Shown here piece by piece: positions 1 to 14,980 of a stretch of DNA of 64,000 nt. The notes beneath the pieces were generated by a model. It ran no database searches, was not told the DNA's origin, and worked only from the letters and a program-made list of their open reading frames with translations. The translations under genes were made by a program, and so were the position numbers. This DNA is from the human T2T-CHM13v2.0 reference genome, Homo sapiens, in assembly GCF_009914755.1 (NCBI RefSeq), contig NC_060945.1; one strand, written 5' to 3'. How positions within the stretch are numbered: position 1 is the first letter of the stretch; every line of letters starts with the position of its first letter.

Positions 1-3000
1 TGGTGGTCATCTACGTCTTTGTGACAAAACATTTTTGACACAAAATTATTTACCTAAACATCTACTTGAATAATAGTTTATGTTATATTATTTTGCCTCA
101 GCATTAACTTCCTTTATTACTGAATTTAACTGTATCTTTCCTCTTTGGAAATGGGAAAATTAGAGACACTATTAGATGATAACATCTTCTGATTAAAAGT
201 TCCTTGATGATCAAAGTAATGAAAAAAAAGATAATTAACATTTATGAACCAATTAGTATGTGCTAGATGCTACAACTACATAGGCTCATTAATCCTGAAG
301 TAAAAATTTTCCAGTTATCAGCATACGTTCATGTGTAATTAATGAAGTAATTAACAAATGTAAGTAACTTGTCAAAGCATCACACAACCAATAGATGACT
401 AATTACGAATCAATACCGAGATTTGTTTAGTATGAAAAAAGAGAAACTTCTCTAATTCCTTCTTAGAGCATTCTAGTTGTCTCTTCTTTTTCTCCTATTC
501 CCCAGGGAAAATGAAGTTATGAATATGATTGATTATATCCCAAGGCATTAACTGTGTATTAAAAAGCATACATTTCTTATTTTCTCTGTTTTTTCCCCTT
601 GTGATACACAATTTTTTGATACTTCCTCTCTCTCTCTTTCTATTTTTCTCTAAATTGCATAAATTCAGATGCTCAGATTTAGATCTACATAAGTGGGAAA
701 CTTCCTTTATGTACTAAACTTAAACGTCCTTTTACTGAGCTCTTTATTGCTGTACTGAGTTCTTGCAAAGCGGTTGTCAAAAACCTGTTCTGTTATTGCA
801 TCTTGTGTTCTCAGGTAGAAAAATGGAATGATGTGTAAGGTGATGTTTATATAGTTTTGCATCTTTATTCATAGCATCCAACCTCATACTTAACTTCCCT
901 TTACATCCATACGGTGTGTGATACTTACAGTTTTGTTTTTAGGATTAAATAATGTAATGAATGCATAGTGCCTGACACATCCATTCTACTTGACAAAATC
1001 AACTATAATAATAATGATATATCTATTTCAGGGTGGAGGACAGGCCTATGAAAATACATATTTGGAGCAATTGAATTAGAAAAAAATCATTGATTTGCAA
1101 ATTGAATAGGATAAGATTATCAAAGTTAGCTTTGAGAATCTGATAAGAAAGAGAATAAGAGATACACATGACATTTCAAAGTTTGAACTGTCTGATGATA
1201 GTCAATTACATAAGGAAAGCTAGGCCTTTTCAACTAGAAATGATTCCTGGAAGAATTTTATCAACTTGACATTTATAAAAGCTATATTTGATAATATATG
1301 ACAAAATATGGCAAATATTCTAGTTTCTTGTGTCTCTATAAAAGCTCAAAATGTGACTTTCACTCAATGAATATGTTTCTATGGAAACTAACATAAATAA
1401 TGTATTATATTATTTTCTAATGATCTAGCTTAGTACAGGACTAGAATTTCAAAGGCTGAAACAAATAAAATTTATTTAATATCTTAACTTTGTCAAGCAA
1501 GAGCTGAAGACATGGGTCACATTGAAATTCTTCTTAAGATCTCAATATGTCAGTATTCTATTTGTTGAATAAATGGTGACCTATATGTTTTAAAGAAAAT
1601 ATATGTAAGAATTAATTGACATGCTATTGTAAAAATGTATGAGTTTTACTTGAATTCTCCTTCAGACAGATGGCTATTTCATTTTAAAAAGACAGAGGAC
1701 ACAGGAGTGCATGGGGTGAGACAAAGTATTTTATTATTTTTCCTCCAAAAAAGTTTGGATTTTAGCTAGGTACTTAGACATGTGCAGTTCGAGATCCAAA
1801 GTTCAGCACCATAAATCTTAGAGCAGACCATCTGGAGCTAAAAATATTTAAGAACAGGTGTTATAAATTGCCCATTTATGTTCATATAGGAGCAAGATGG
1901 TAGTAGAAAATCTGCTTTCAAGTAGAAGTACATCTTGATGGACATTTCAGAATAAATTATCTGCCAAATATACTCTTAAGTGTATAAATAGATTTTGTCA
2001 TATAGGTGAGGTTGCTTGGGAGCATCTGTTTACATTTTGGAAATTTCAAGTTAAGTTTCCATTTTAGAATATTTGTTGCTTGATAGATCTTTTTACAGGA
2101 AATATTTAACAGGAGATTTTTCTTTAGGTTTCTTTTCTTTGTAACATAAAGCTATTTTGTCAGAGAATAATTAATATGTCTTCTTACTTATTATGGCAGG
2201 TATACCCAACAATCCCTTATTTGCAAATATCTTTATTTTATATACAATCACCTCTTTGCATTCATAGGGGATTGGTTCTAGAACTCCCTGAGGATACACA
2301 AATCCGTGGATACTCAAGTCCATTATATAAATGGTGTAGTGTCTGCATGTAGCCTTAGGTGTACTATGTGTATAGTCTTTAAATCATCCCCACATTACTT
2401 ATAATACCTAACACGATGTAAATATTATCCTTGAACAATGTGGCAGGTCAGGAATGCTGACTCCCCATGTAGTCAAAAATCTGCATATAGTTTTTGACTC
2501 CCCAAAAACTTAACTATTAATAGCCTACTGTTGACTAGGAGCCTTACCAATACCATAAACAATTACACATATTTTATATGTTATATGTATTATATGCTGT
2601 GTTCTCCTCATAAAGTAAGCTAGGAAAAAATAAAATGTTATTAAGAAAAACATGAGAAGATAAAATATATTTACTATTCATTAAGTGGAAGTGAATCATT
2701 ATAAAGGTTTTCATCTTCATGTTTTCACTTTGGACAGACTGAGGGGGAGGAGGGAAAGGAGGAGTTGGTCTTGCTGTCTCAGGCATGGCAGAGTAGAAGG
2801 GGTGGAGGAGGCAGGAGAGGCTGGCAAACTCAGTGTAACTTTACAGAACTCATTGTAATTTCTGTCTAACTTTTGTGCATACAGTACTAATCCTTCCCCC
2901 ACTGTTTGCTTTACTTTCAGCGTCTGTGTCATGTAAGGGACCATGTCATAAAAGAAGTAAAAAGCAGTCTTGAAGAATCGGAACAATTCTGCTAGATTCT

Positions 3001-3897
3001 CTAATGTCAGTTTGTTTCCTGGTACTGCTGCTTCTAATTCTTCTTCTCATCATCTGGCACTGGCTCAAAAGCACGCCACCCATCTCCATCAAGTCATCTT
3101 CTGTTAATTCCTCTGGAGTGGTGTCTATTAGCTCTTAAATTTTTTCAAGATCCAAATCTTGAGTCCCTTCCCCCTCTACCTTTTTTTTTTTTTTTTTGCC
3201 ATATCCACAATTTCTTTCATGATTTCCTTGATTGACTTTATTGTAAATTAGATGTTTTAGAATGCAAAACATCTGGACACAGTTTTCCCTAGGAGGAATT
3301 TATTATTTTGGGCTTAATGACTTTCATGGCTTTTTCTATAACAGCAATGGCATCTTTAATGGTGTAATTCTCCCAGACTTTTATTATGTTTTCTCTGTGA
3401 GTGTTCCTTTTTATAGCATTGAGAATCTTTTCCATAGAGTATCATGCATAATGAGCTAAAAAGTCCTTACTACTTCCTGATCTCAAGGCTGAACTAGAGA
3501 CTTTGGGAAAAGTAGACCCCTTCGAAGTCTTCAGAGATGATCTCACGAGGTTCTGGGTGACCAGGGACATTGTCTAATATCAAAAGAACTTTAAAAGGTA
3601 GTCCTTTGCTGGCAAAGTACTTCCAGACTTCAGAGACAAAGCATCAATAAAACCAATCCAGACTAAAAATTTCTTGTTGTCCAAGTCTTCTTGTACAACC
3701 AAAAGGCTAGCAGCTCGTATTTATCTTTTCTCTTCAAGGCTGGGGAATTAGTAGCTTTTTAGATGAGGGCAGTTCTGACCATAAACCCAACTGCATTTGC
3801 ACAAAACAGTAGAGTTAGCCTATCCTTTCCTTTGCTTTAAGTTGTCATATAATGACTTTGCTTTTTCTCAAATTATGTTAAAATATAGAGGTGTGTC

Positions 3898-4194
3898 TTT
3901 TTGTGTGTGTGTGTGAGATGGAGTCTCCCTCTGTCACCCATGCTGGAGTGCAGTGGCGCCATCTCTGTTCACTGCAACCTCTGCCTCCCGATTCAAGCGA
4001 TTCCTCTGCCTCAGTCTCCCGACTAGCTGGGACTACAGGCATGTGTCACCACACCTGGCTAATTTTTTGTATTTTTAGTAGAGATGAGGTTTCACCGTGT
4101 TAGCCAGAATGGTCTCGGTCTCCTGACCTCCTGATCCACCCACCTCCGCCTCCCAAAGTGCTGGGATTACAGGTGTGAGCCACCATGCCCAGCC
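3898..4194 (-). mobile_element. AluS inserted in Tigger2; tail converted to (TG)n
   Basis: Antisense Alu gagatggagtctc...cctcccaaagtgctgggattacaggtgtgagccaccatgcccagcc. Confidence 0.95.
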
Positions 4195-4594
4195 AGGTAT
4201 GCTATAGCAATTTTGGCCTCGTATAAAAACTACATTTTCAAAAGAAGATGAGATAAAAGGGTACTTTGCAAAAAGTGCAAGGTTTTCACATCTGTTGGCA
4301 TAAATGCAGCAATGGCTTAATAAATTTTCTTTTCTTTTTTTTTTTCAATGGTTCTTACACTAGATTAATTTATCTTGAAATACTGGGCAACTGCAGCTGC
4401 AGACTTCAACATACATCACATATCAAACAAGGTAATGTTTTCTTGTAATGTCATGACTTTTCTATGATTCTCAGGACCACTTCAAGCATCACTAACGGCA
4501 TTTTGTATGAGTCTCACGCTGTTAATCAAGGTTCACAGTCTTGCACTAAACATGAAAATATGTGAGAACCATAGGAGATCACTTTTTACTATAG

Positions 4595-4951
<357 letters not shown>

Positions 4952-5659
4952 TCATTGCATGACTTTTAAGCTGATATTGGCAACACTTGAGCTCACCACA
5001 ACAGAAACAGGATGTGGCTACCAAATTATTACAGTAGTACAATATGTACTACAGTTAATTTTATGCAGTTGTAATTTAATAGTGCATCTTAACATTTGTT
5101 TACATTTATCTCAACTGTGAATGGCACCATGTAGATCTGTGTTTATATGTGTAATATTTTATAAACTTTAACTTCTTATCATAAAACTGTGTCTATTTTA
5201 TGGTAGTAAATGATAAAACAAGTAAGTATCTACATTGATTTTATGCACTTATAACATACCTAACTTTTTCTTATTTTTCTCTATATTTCTAGGCTATGCA
5301 GTTCATCTGAGTTTTTTCTTCAAACTGTGGCAAATCTCAAAAAAAATTCCAGTATACTTATTGAAAAAAGTTTTCACAGAAGCAAACTTATGCAGTTCAA
5401 ACGTGATTATTCAAGGATCAACTGTCATTGCTATATTGTATGGTTTAGGAAATAATAATTTTAAAAGACTTTAAAATATTCTGTACAGACACAACAATTT
5501 TTTGAGTATTTTTGATTCATGGTTGGTTGAATTTACAGATGTGGAATCCATTGATATGGATGGATGAGCGTACTTCCTTTTCCTTTCTACCTCAAGGAAG
5601 AATATGTATATTTATTGTTGGGAAACTTTTTATCATCTTAATATATAGAAAGACTTTGG

Positions 5660-6028
<369 letters not shown>

Positions 6029-6659
6029 TTATATGCACGTCAGCTAATATCCAGTGAATGCAGAGCTTGGGAAAAAGAAACGCTGCTCTTGTTTTATCCC
6101 GCAATCTTATTGCTCCAAAATTCTGCTGAATTATTCTACTGCCCAAAGTCTAATTATAAAAATTATTAAATTTTATTTATTTCTACGCACAAATTGGAGT
6201 TTTGTCATTTGAAATCAAAGACTTCACACTAATTTTCTATTTAAATAGGTACTGTGCCCTGCTATATGGAAAGCACCATGCTAGGAGTTGAGGTTTGAAT
6301 TTACAAAGACAAATAAAACTTAGAATTATCCATGAAGAATTTGAAGCTAGGTATAAAAAGAAGAAAGCTCTAAATTAAAATTGAGTATGAAAACATCCAA
6401 AGTTCAGGAATATAAGAATTGCTATTGAAACACAGAAAAATTATATAAATACGATTTTCTGAGGGTTTTCTGAGCCAGGGAATTATGTGTCATTCTTCTT
6501 GTTCTTCACTTTATAAACCCAATCTTTTTAACCGGTTTTGTCCATTCTATGTCTTGAGCCCTTTGGAATTTTCTTTATTTCATTTTCTTTCCTTTTTTAG
6601 GATGTATATTGTGTATATTTTGCATATAAGTAATTGTAATTGTGTTGTATTATTCTTAA

Positions 6660-6900
6660 ATAGTATTTAAGAGCATGACCTCGAGAGTCAGATCACTAGT
6701 GCACAAATCACATGTCTACCACTTAGATATTTTATTTGGGGTGAGTCTTTTAAACTTTCTGCTTTTTTGTTTCCATGTTGGCTAAATATGGCTGAAAACA
6801 ATACTTATTTCAAAAAGTTAGATCTAAAGAAGGTGCATTATTTCAGCATCCAGCAAAATAGCTGGTATATAGTAAGAGCTCAATTAATGTTACTTATTTT
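6660..6900 (+). mobile_element. MIR remnant
   Basis: Degenerate MIR pieces gagtcagatc...tctaccactta...ctggtatatagtaagagctcaattaatgtt. Confidence 0.5.
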
Positions 6901-8062
6901 GTGTTATTACCACAGTTTGTTACTTGTTTCATATTCTCGGATTCCACCCTCATTCATCCTTCACCCATCATCTGGACTTACTTTAATAAAATATACATAT
7001 GATCATTTCATTTATCTACCTATAGCTCATCAGAAACTCCCATTTGCCTTCAAGATGAACTCATATATTTTTTGAGAGCATGATAGGCCTTTTATCATCA
7101 GTACCTTGTTGTATCACTAGTTTTATGACTGTCCGTTCATGTTCCCATCTTCCAAGCATGGTCCTTCTTGTCTACCTTTCAAAACCACCCTTGGTACTCC
7201 AGATTCTGGGCAGAAAACGCTACATGCCTTCAGTTACTTGAATTGGCAATGCTCTATTTCCCTCTTCTGAGACTTAGAACTCATTGAATTCACATTGCTT
7301 TCTTTATTCTTTCTCCACTCACCCCCATTCTTTCACAGGGCAAACTTTGTGTTATTTCCTCCATTAAAGTGCCCCAATTCTACCCCACAACAGAGCTATT
7401 TCCTTTTCTGTGTGTGCCTCCTGTGTGAAGCCTAGACAACCCCAAATTGTGGCATATAATCACAGTGTATTGGAATTTCCAGTTTCCTTATCGGATGCTT
7501 CAATTCATTGTGTATTGTTCAAAGTCAGAGCCAGACTCATTTAATTATTATATGTTTAAGCCTAGAGGAATATACATACATACGTATAAATTAGGTCCTG
7601 AAAATAATTTGGTGTATATTTAACATAAAGAAGTACAGTTTTCCTTGAGTCTTGAAAAAAATGTTTCCAGTAATGAAACTCAGGAGAGCAGATAAATCAG
7701 AAGTTTAAACCTGTGCAATTATATGGATACCAAAAAAGTATTATAAATTCAGAAACCACAATATATAGCATACTGTTCTTTTATGTGCTTATTTTGCAAA
7801 ATCAATCCCTACTATTGAAATTTGGTAATATATGTATTAAAATTATATAACTCTGTGTGGAAGGAGAATATGGCATATTGGAAAATTAAAGTCTGCGCTG
7901 AAAATGTGGTGTCTTGGATTGGTATTCTTGGCATACAACTGACTGCCTAGGGCACTTTAAGCTACTTAATTTATCTGATTACTGTTTTCCTCAATTGACC
8001 TTCAAGTGAAAATGGCTTAAGTTCCTTCCTCCTTTAGAATCCCAAAATCCTAATATTACTGG

Positions 8063-8705
<643 letters not shown>

Positions 8706-8708
<3 letters not shown>

Positions 8709-9604
8709 AGATTATTCTGGTTGGCTCAATCTAATTCAAGGCATACCTTGGAAGTATTGGATACCTCGGAAGTATTGGGGGTTGGGTTCCAGACCACTGT
8801 AATAAAATGAACAAAGTAAGTAACACATACATTTTGGTTTTCCAGTGCATAAAATGTATGTTTACACTATACTGAAGCCTATTAAGCGTGCAATAGTATT
8901 ATGTTTCAAAAATGTACATACCTGAACTTAAAAATATTTTATTTCTAAAATATGCTAACAATCGTCTGACACAGAGACACAAAGTGAGCCCATGCTGTTG
9001 GAGAAATAGCACTGATAGACTTGTTCCATGCAGAGTTGCCACAAACTTTCAATCTTAAAAAAAATACAGTATCTGTGAAGTTCAATAAAGCAAAGAGCAA
9101 TAAAACCAGATACACCTGTACATGAGACCCTAAAGCAGAGAATCTGTCCTGGTCAGGTCAGAGAGATGATACAAGAAGGAGGAAGAGAAGAAAGGAGACT
9201 GAGAAGGGAAGGAGAAGGAGAAAGAGAAGAAGAGATTTGAAGGATGAGAGGGTCTTAACGAATTGTTACTGGCTTTGAAGATGAAGGAAAGTAGCCATGA
9301 ATCAAGGGACACAAGGAGCCTCTAGAAGCCAGAAACAGTCCTCAGCTGAGAGTCAGCAAGGACAAACTGATCTCAGACCTGCGACCGCAAGAAACTCAAT
9401 TTTGTCAACAACCCACATAAAGAGAAATGAATTTTCCCCTAGAGACCCCAGAAAGGGATGCGGCCTTACCTACACCTTGATTTTAGTCTGATGAGACCTA
9501 TGTCAAACTTCTGACCTACAGAACTGTAAGGAAATAAACTTGCATTGACTTAAGTTGCTGAATTTGTGGTAAATTTGTTACAGCAGCAATAGAAAACCAA
9601 TCAA
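8706..9604 (+). mobile_element. MLT1E-like MaLR LTR, 5'-truncated and interrupted by a Tigger1 derivative
   Basis: gattattctgg...ctaattca|catgagaccctaaagcagag...ctggctttgaagatgaagga...ttctgacctacagaactgtaag...tgttacagcagcaatagaaaaccaat. Confidence 0.7.
8737..9118 (-). mobile_element. Internally deleted Tigger1 (MITE-like, both termini retained)
   Basis: Left end aggcatacct...ggttccagaccactgtaataaa is the Tigger1 3' end (reverse complement); right end gcaataaaaccagatacacctg followed by TA is the 5' end; internal junction near 8967. Confidence 0.85.
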
Positions 9605-11336
9605 ATGTTCTACTTAATCCAAAATCTTCAGAACAGGGATGCAGTGTGTAGTGTATTTATTGCATGGGCATGTCCTGAAAGCTATGAGCTTCCTTTAGTT
9701 TTTCCGGTTTCAAATACAAACCTCAATCGGCATCTTTTACAAACTACTCCATGTGCTTGTCATATAGCCTCCACGAGTAGGCTATAATTCACCATTATCT
9801 TGTTGACAAGGCTATGATTCGTTTCACACATCATTGTTCATTAAAATAATGTAGACCTGCGCCTTAGTTCCATCCCACTTCAAAGCCCGACTGCTAACTA
9901 ATTTATGGTCAATTAATTTTAGTGGATGAAGAGCCACTAAATTTAGTGGTTTTCCACCGTTGTAATTATTTTATTTTATGAAATTTACTGCCTTAAACAA
10001 ATTACAATATAATGTTTTTAAGACTGTCTTTTCTAAAATTTTCTTATAACAGTATTTAGCCATATGTGAAGAAAGAAAGGCATTTAATTATGTTTAAAGA
10101 TTAAAATTACGTTTCTTTAAAAGTTACTTATTTTAAAACCATGATTACTTTCTTTTCTCTGTAGTATTCAATTTTAAATACAAAGTACCCATGTTATATG
10201 TTGAATTGAATTCTTTCTGCTTTCCATTCTTTTCCAAGTATATTTCAATATTGAAGAGGAAAAACTTTCTGGAAGTTATGTAAAAAATATTGTTTTTTAT
10301 TGAAAAAATCTCTGTGATGCTTATTTACTATTATCCAGAAATATTGACCATAATTTTATTTGATAAAAGATTATATATTGATCCACGTTAGCAGGTGGTC
10401 ACTGTGAACCCACATATTTCCATGCTGTAAAATTTTGCAGTTGAAATGCAATTTTTACAACACTGTTTAACAGTGTTCTCCAAAGGAATTTTAACTATCT
10501 AGACAGCTGGAGGGTGACAAATGTAGTTAAAAATAGACCAGAAAGATTTCTTGGTTGCAGAGGGGTCAATTACATTGTCTAAATCGGAGAATTCAAAAAG
10601 AAGAAATTATTCTAAATGTACGTTTCACAACCATACAGGAACTGCTTGAAAGTGGGAACAAATCAAATAAATGAGATCTAGGTACAAAGGACTTTACATT
10701 CCATGCGTTTATGAAGGAGTATAAAAGCAATGTATTACATTTCAAGGAAATGCCTTTGGGGGAAAGAAAAAAAAGAATGGGCAAAAAAAGACTAGAAAGA
10801 AAGTATTCACTATAGTTTCAATAAAAGGTATGATATCCTAAGATATCAGCATATCAAAAAAGTAGGAAGAATTTTCATTTAAAAGTAAAATCACCAAGTT
10901 TTAAAACCTTACTTGAAATGAACAGCAGAAATTTGCAGCTAAAAGGAAAAGTGCCTCAGAATAAACCATTACATCTAGCAGGTGCTCATCTGTCCTCAGA
11001 AAGTTTCTACTTATAAAGTACACTAAACTTTTAGAATAAAGAAAAAACGGTTTTTTATTTGGAATTTCTTCATGCTTATGAATCCCTTAAAAAATACAAT
11101 ATGTCCAATAAAAACTCAACCTTTTTTTTTTCGTAGACAGTAGTGCCTATTTCTTCGGTTTTTTTTTTCTTCTTGTTGTTTTTTGTGGGGGATAGAAACA
11201 CAATGTTGATCCACAGAGATCTCAATAGCTTTTTAGATGTAAAATATTTCTCCAAAATACATAAGTGTGAAAAATATGATGTTTATGGACATGTACATAT
11301 CAAATCATATTATATCAACAATACAACAGTGTCTGA

Positions 11337-11361
11337 TGTGTGTGTGTGTGTGTGTGTGTGT
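11337..11361. repeat. (TG)12 microsatellite
   Basis: Direct reading. Confidence 0.95.
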
Positions 11362-11845
11362 ACTTGTGCTAGACAGAACAAATTACTATTTACTATTTAC
11401 TACTATCACAAGACAGTAATTACTGTTAAATACTCAGTTACTCTGATCTGAGGCAATGGCATAAAGACTTTTGAACAAGAGCCTGTTTTAACTCTGTGGA
11501 ACATGCAGAATTTTTTTTCTCCTTACATTTATTCTACAAATCATCAGATAAACTTCAAAAAAGTTGACTAAAATATTAACTCATTCCATAAAAGAATGTA
11601 TTTTTCTACTTTACTTTTTCACTAAAATTGCATCTTTTAATGACAGAAATATTGTACATTTCTTTAGACTCTAAAGCCCCACTGCCTGAAGTAGCATACC
11701 AGTTCCACTGGTATGGTTATTTTATTAATTATAATATATATTTTATTAGGTTATTTTATTATAATTAATGTTTAAAAGTACTGTTATTTCATGTTATAAT
11801 TGCCACATAACAAAACTATTAATTCTCAAATGTTATAAGTTTCTT

Positions 11846-12161
<316 letters not shown>

Positions 12162-12574
12162 TCATTACAATGAGATGTAGAACAAAACTTCAAATAGCTG
12201 ACTGTTTTGTCGCACTCCAGTTGAACTTTCAGCACCTTAATAAAATATCTGAAATGTCTGAAAATAGGTCAGTGACAGAAATATTAAAGCGCCAAGTGTG
12301 GAGTTATGAGGGTCAGTCAATTCTGAGTGTTGTCTATGGTGAAGCAGGGGAACTTCATCCTAGAAGCACCAAAGCAGATTTTTAAAAAATAGGCAGAATT
12401 TTAAGGTTAGTTTTGAAAGATATAAACAGTATTTTCAAAATTAGTTATCTTAAAAACTAAACTCTTATTTTGCATTTAATGAACAATGATAAAGAAAGGA
12501 AATTTATGTAAAAATAATTAATGTGCCTAACAGAATGCTCACAGATTGTAGGGATATCAAAATTAAACATAATA

Positions 12575-12815
12575 AATATAGTTAACTTTTACTGAGCTCT
12601 TACTCTATTTCAGATCTTTTTAAAGCTGTCTCACAGATATTAACATACTTAAACTTCATACAAAAATGCTAAAAGATACATACTAACAATAACCCCGATT
12701 TTCAGAAGACAAAATAAGGTACACATTGTTCAAACAAATTGCCTATAATTAGAAGATTGGTAAATTAGACATGCAGTTTTCAAACCCGGAGCCTTCACTC
12801 TTAATTAAGAAACAA
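12575..12815 (-). mobile_element. MIR remnant
   Basis: ttttactgagctcttact...ccccgattttcagaagacaaaataaggtacac...ttttcaaacccgg resembles antisense MIR. Confidence 0.55.
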
Positions 12816-13698
12816 TATAAGAAGTATTAATTGCATATTGTACTATCAATGATGATAAGAGGTTATTGACATTAGAATTAGTGAATACCTTTTCTCTTTA
12901 CCCTTTCCTAGGCATTTCTCATTTACTGTGATAAAGAGGACAGTTACTCTTGCCTAGATTTTCCTTGCCCTTCTTTTCTATAGGAATACAATACCCCTGA
13001 AGATGCCTATCCTCTCTGAAAATGTATAGTGTTAAAGTAAAAATATTTGCTATTAGCTTTCTGATAGACATGTGGAAAATATCTTCAGAGATCTCTAAGT
13101 ATAATGAAAAAACAATTTATTAGTATATTTGTACTTCATGGCAAAACATTAACAAAGATTACTTATTTATGCATTGATGACTTATTGAACTGAGAATCTA
13201 CCATATCCAAGGAAATAATTTGTTCAACATTAAAGTGCTGATTCACACTGTATTCAAAATTTCTCTGATAAAGTAAATCTAAACAGAGAGTGAAACTGTC
13301 CTTCCTAATGGCCATGAACATCTTGCAATGGAGCTTAGTACAAAAGGGCAACACCCTGCAAGTACCCCCATTTAATAAGACATCTTATTAATAAGTATGG
13401 AATATTCATGTGCCTGCAATATATTTTAAAATAAGCTAGAGTTAACAGTAAATTATTTAAAATTGCCACTTTGGGATGTCCATTCTATTGAAATTTATAG
13501 GCCCTCTTCACCATTTTATTGCACCCTATACCATTACCCTTTTTGAATATGAATCTATTCACATTTGAGAAGAGTGAGCTTAGAATAAAAGATTGAAGAC
13601 ATGTCTTTCAGATTTGGAGAACAGAACAGCAACAACAACAAATGGAAGAGATAAGTAATGACTTACCAGCAAAATCAGCACTCAAGGTTATTGAACTT

Positions 13699-14099
13699 TG
13701 CTTTAGTTTGAATGTCCCCTCCAAAACTCATATCAAAATTTAACAGCCATTGTGACAATATTTAGATGTGGGACCTTTAAGAGGTGATTAGATCATGAGA
13801 GGTCAGCCCTCACGAATGGATGAATGACATTATCACAGATTAGTCATTATGGAAGTGAGTTTCTGATAAAAAGCATGAGTTCAGCCCTTCTCTGTCTTGT
13901 TCTCTGTCTCACACACTTGCTTTCTCACCATGTAACACTTTCCAAAATATTATGATGTAGCAGCAAGGCCCTCATCAGATGTGGCTCCTTCATCTTGAAC
14001 TTTCCAGCCTTGAGAACTACATGCCAAGTAAATCTCTTTTCTTTATAAATTACCCAGTCTGTGGTATTCTGTTACTGCAGTAGAAAATAAACGGAGACA
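13699..14099 (+). mobile_element. MST-family (MSTD-like) MaLR solo LTR
   Basis: TG...CA ends: tgctttagtttgaatgtcccctccaaaactca ... ttataaattacccagtctgtggtattctgtt...gagaca. Confidence 0.85.
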
Positions 14100-14149
14100 A
14101 GCATCTACACAGGTGGCTCCAAATAAGGAATATTGAGTTTTATATACTA

Positions 14150-14460
14150 TTTTACATAACCTTTGAGGTATAATCTACTTACAGTAATGTTAAGCCATTT
14201 AAAATGCACAGGTGGTGAGTTCAAAAGATGTACACATTTATGCAATCACGGTTACGTTTACAACATAAAATATTTCAGTCATTCTTATCTTTTCTCTGCA
14301 TTCTTCTGTTTGAATTTTTCCACTCTGCAAAATGATTTTGACATTCATCTGTTATATTGCTTGTCTCATTAGTATATTTCTTTTTATTGTTGAGTCCTTT
14401 CTATCAAATGGATATGCCATAATTTGCTTATCTACGTATCATTTGATGAACATGTGAGCT
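14150..14460 (-). mobile_element. Old L1M 3' fragment
   Basis: ctttgaggtataatctacttacagtaatg...atggatatgccataatttgcttatc resembles an antisense L1M 3'UTR. Confidence 0.5.
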
Positions 14461-14511
14461 ATACAGATATATATTTCAAATCTCCAGCTTAGTTTGCCAA
14501 ATTACCCACAC

Positions 14512-14514
<3 letters not shown>

Positions 14515-14550
<36 letters not shown>

Positions 14551-14577
14551 TATATAGATATGGTATATATAAGAATA

Positions 14578-14608
<31 letters not shown>

Positions 14609-14613
14609 CTATC
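14515..14613. repeat. (AT)17 followed by an imperfect (TATC)n microsatellite
   Basis: Direct reading. Confidence 0.9.
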
Positions 14614-14666
14614 ACCTGTCTATTCTTAAAGCTAAAATATAAAGTAGTGCAGATAGTATAATGAGG

Positions 14667-14980
14667 AAGTCATGTGTTGCTTAACAATGGGTACATGTTC
14701 TGAGAAATGCACTATTAGGCAATTTTATCATTGTGCAAACATCATAAAGTATACTTACACAAACGTGGATTGAACAGCCCAGTAAACAGCCAGGCTGTAT
14801 GGTATAGCCTACTGCTCTTATGCTACAAACTTGTACAGCATGTTATGATACTAAGTACTGTAGGCAACTGTAATACAATGGTATTTGTTTATGTAAACAT
14901 ACCTAAACATGGAAAAGGTAATGTGTTGTGCTACAACATTATAACAACTACGACATCACTGGTTGATAAGTGCATGACTG
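14667..14980 (-). mobile_element. Tigger3 (GOLEM/MER7) non-autonomous derivative inserted in the L1MC 3' end
   Basis: TIRs agtcatgtgttgcttaac ... gtgcatgactg+TA; body ttctgagaaatgc...ggtatagcctactgctc...tacaaacttgtacagcatgtta. Confidence 0.85.
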
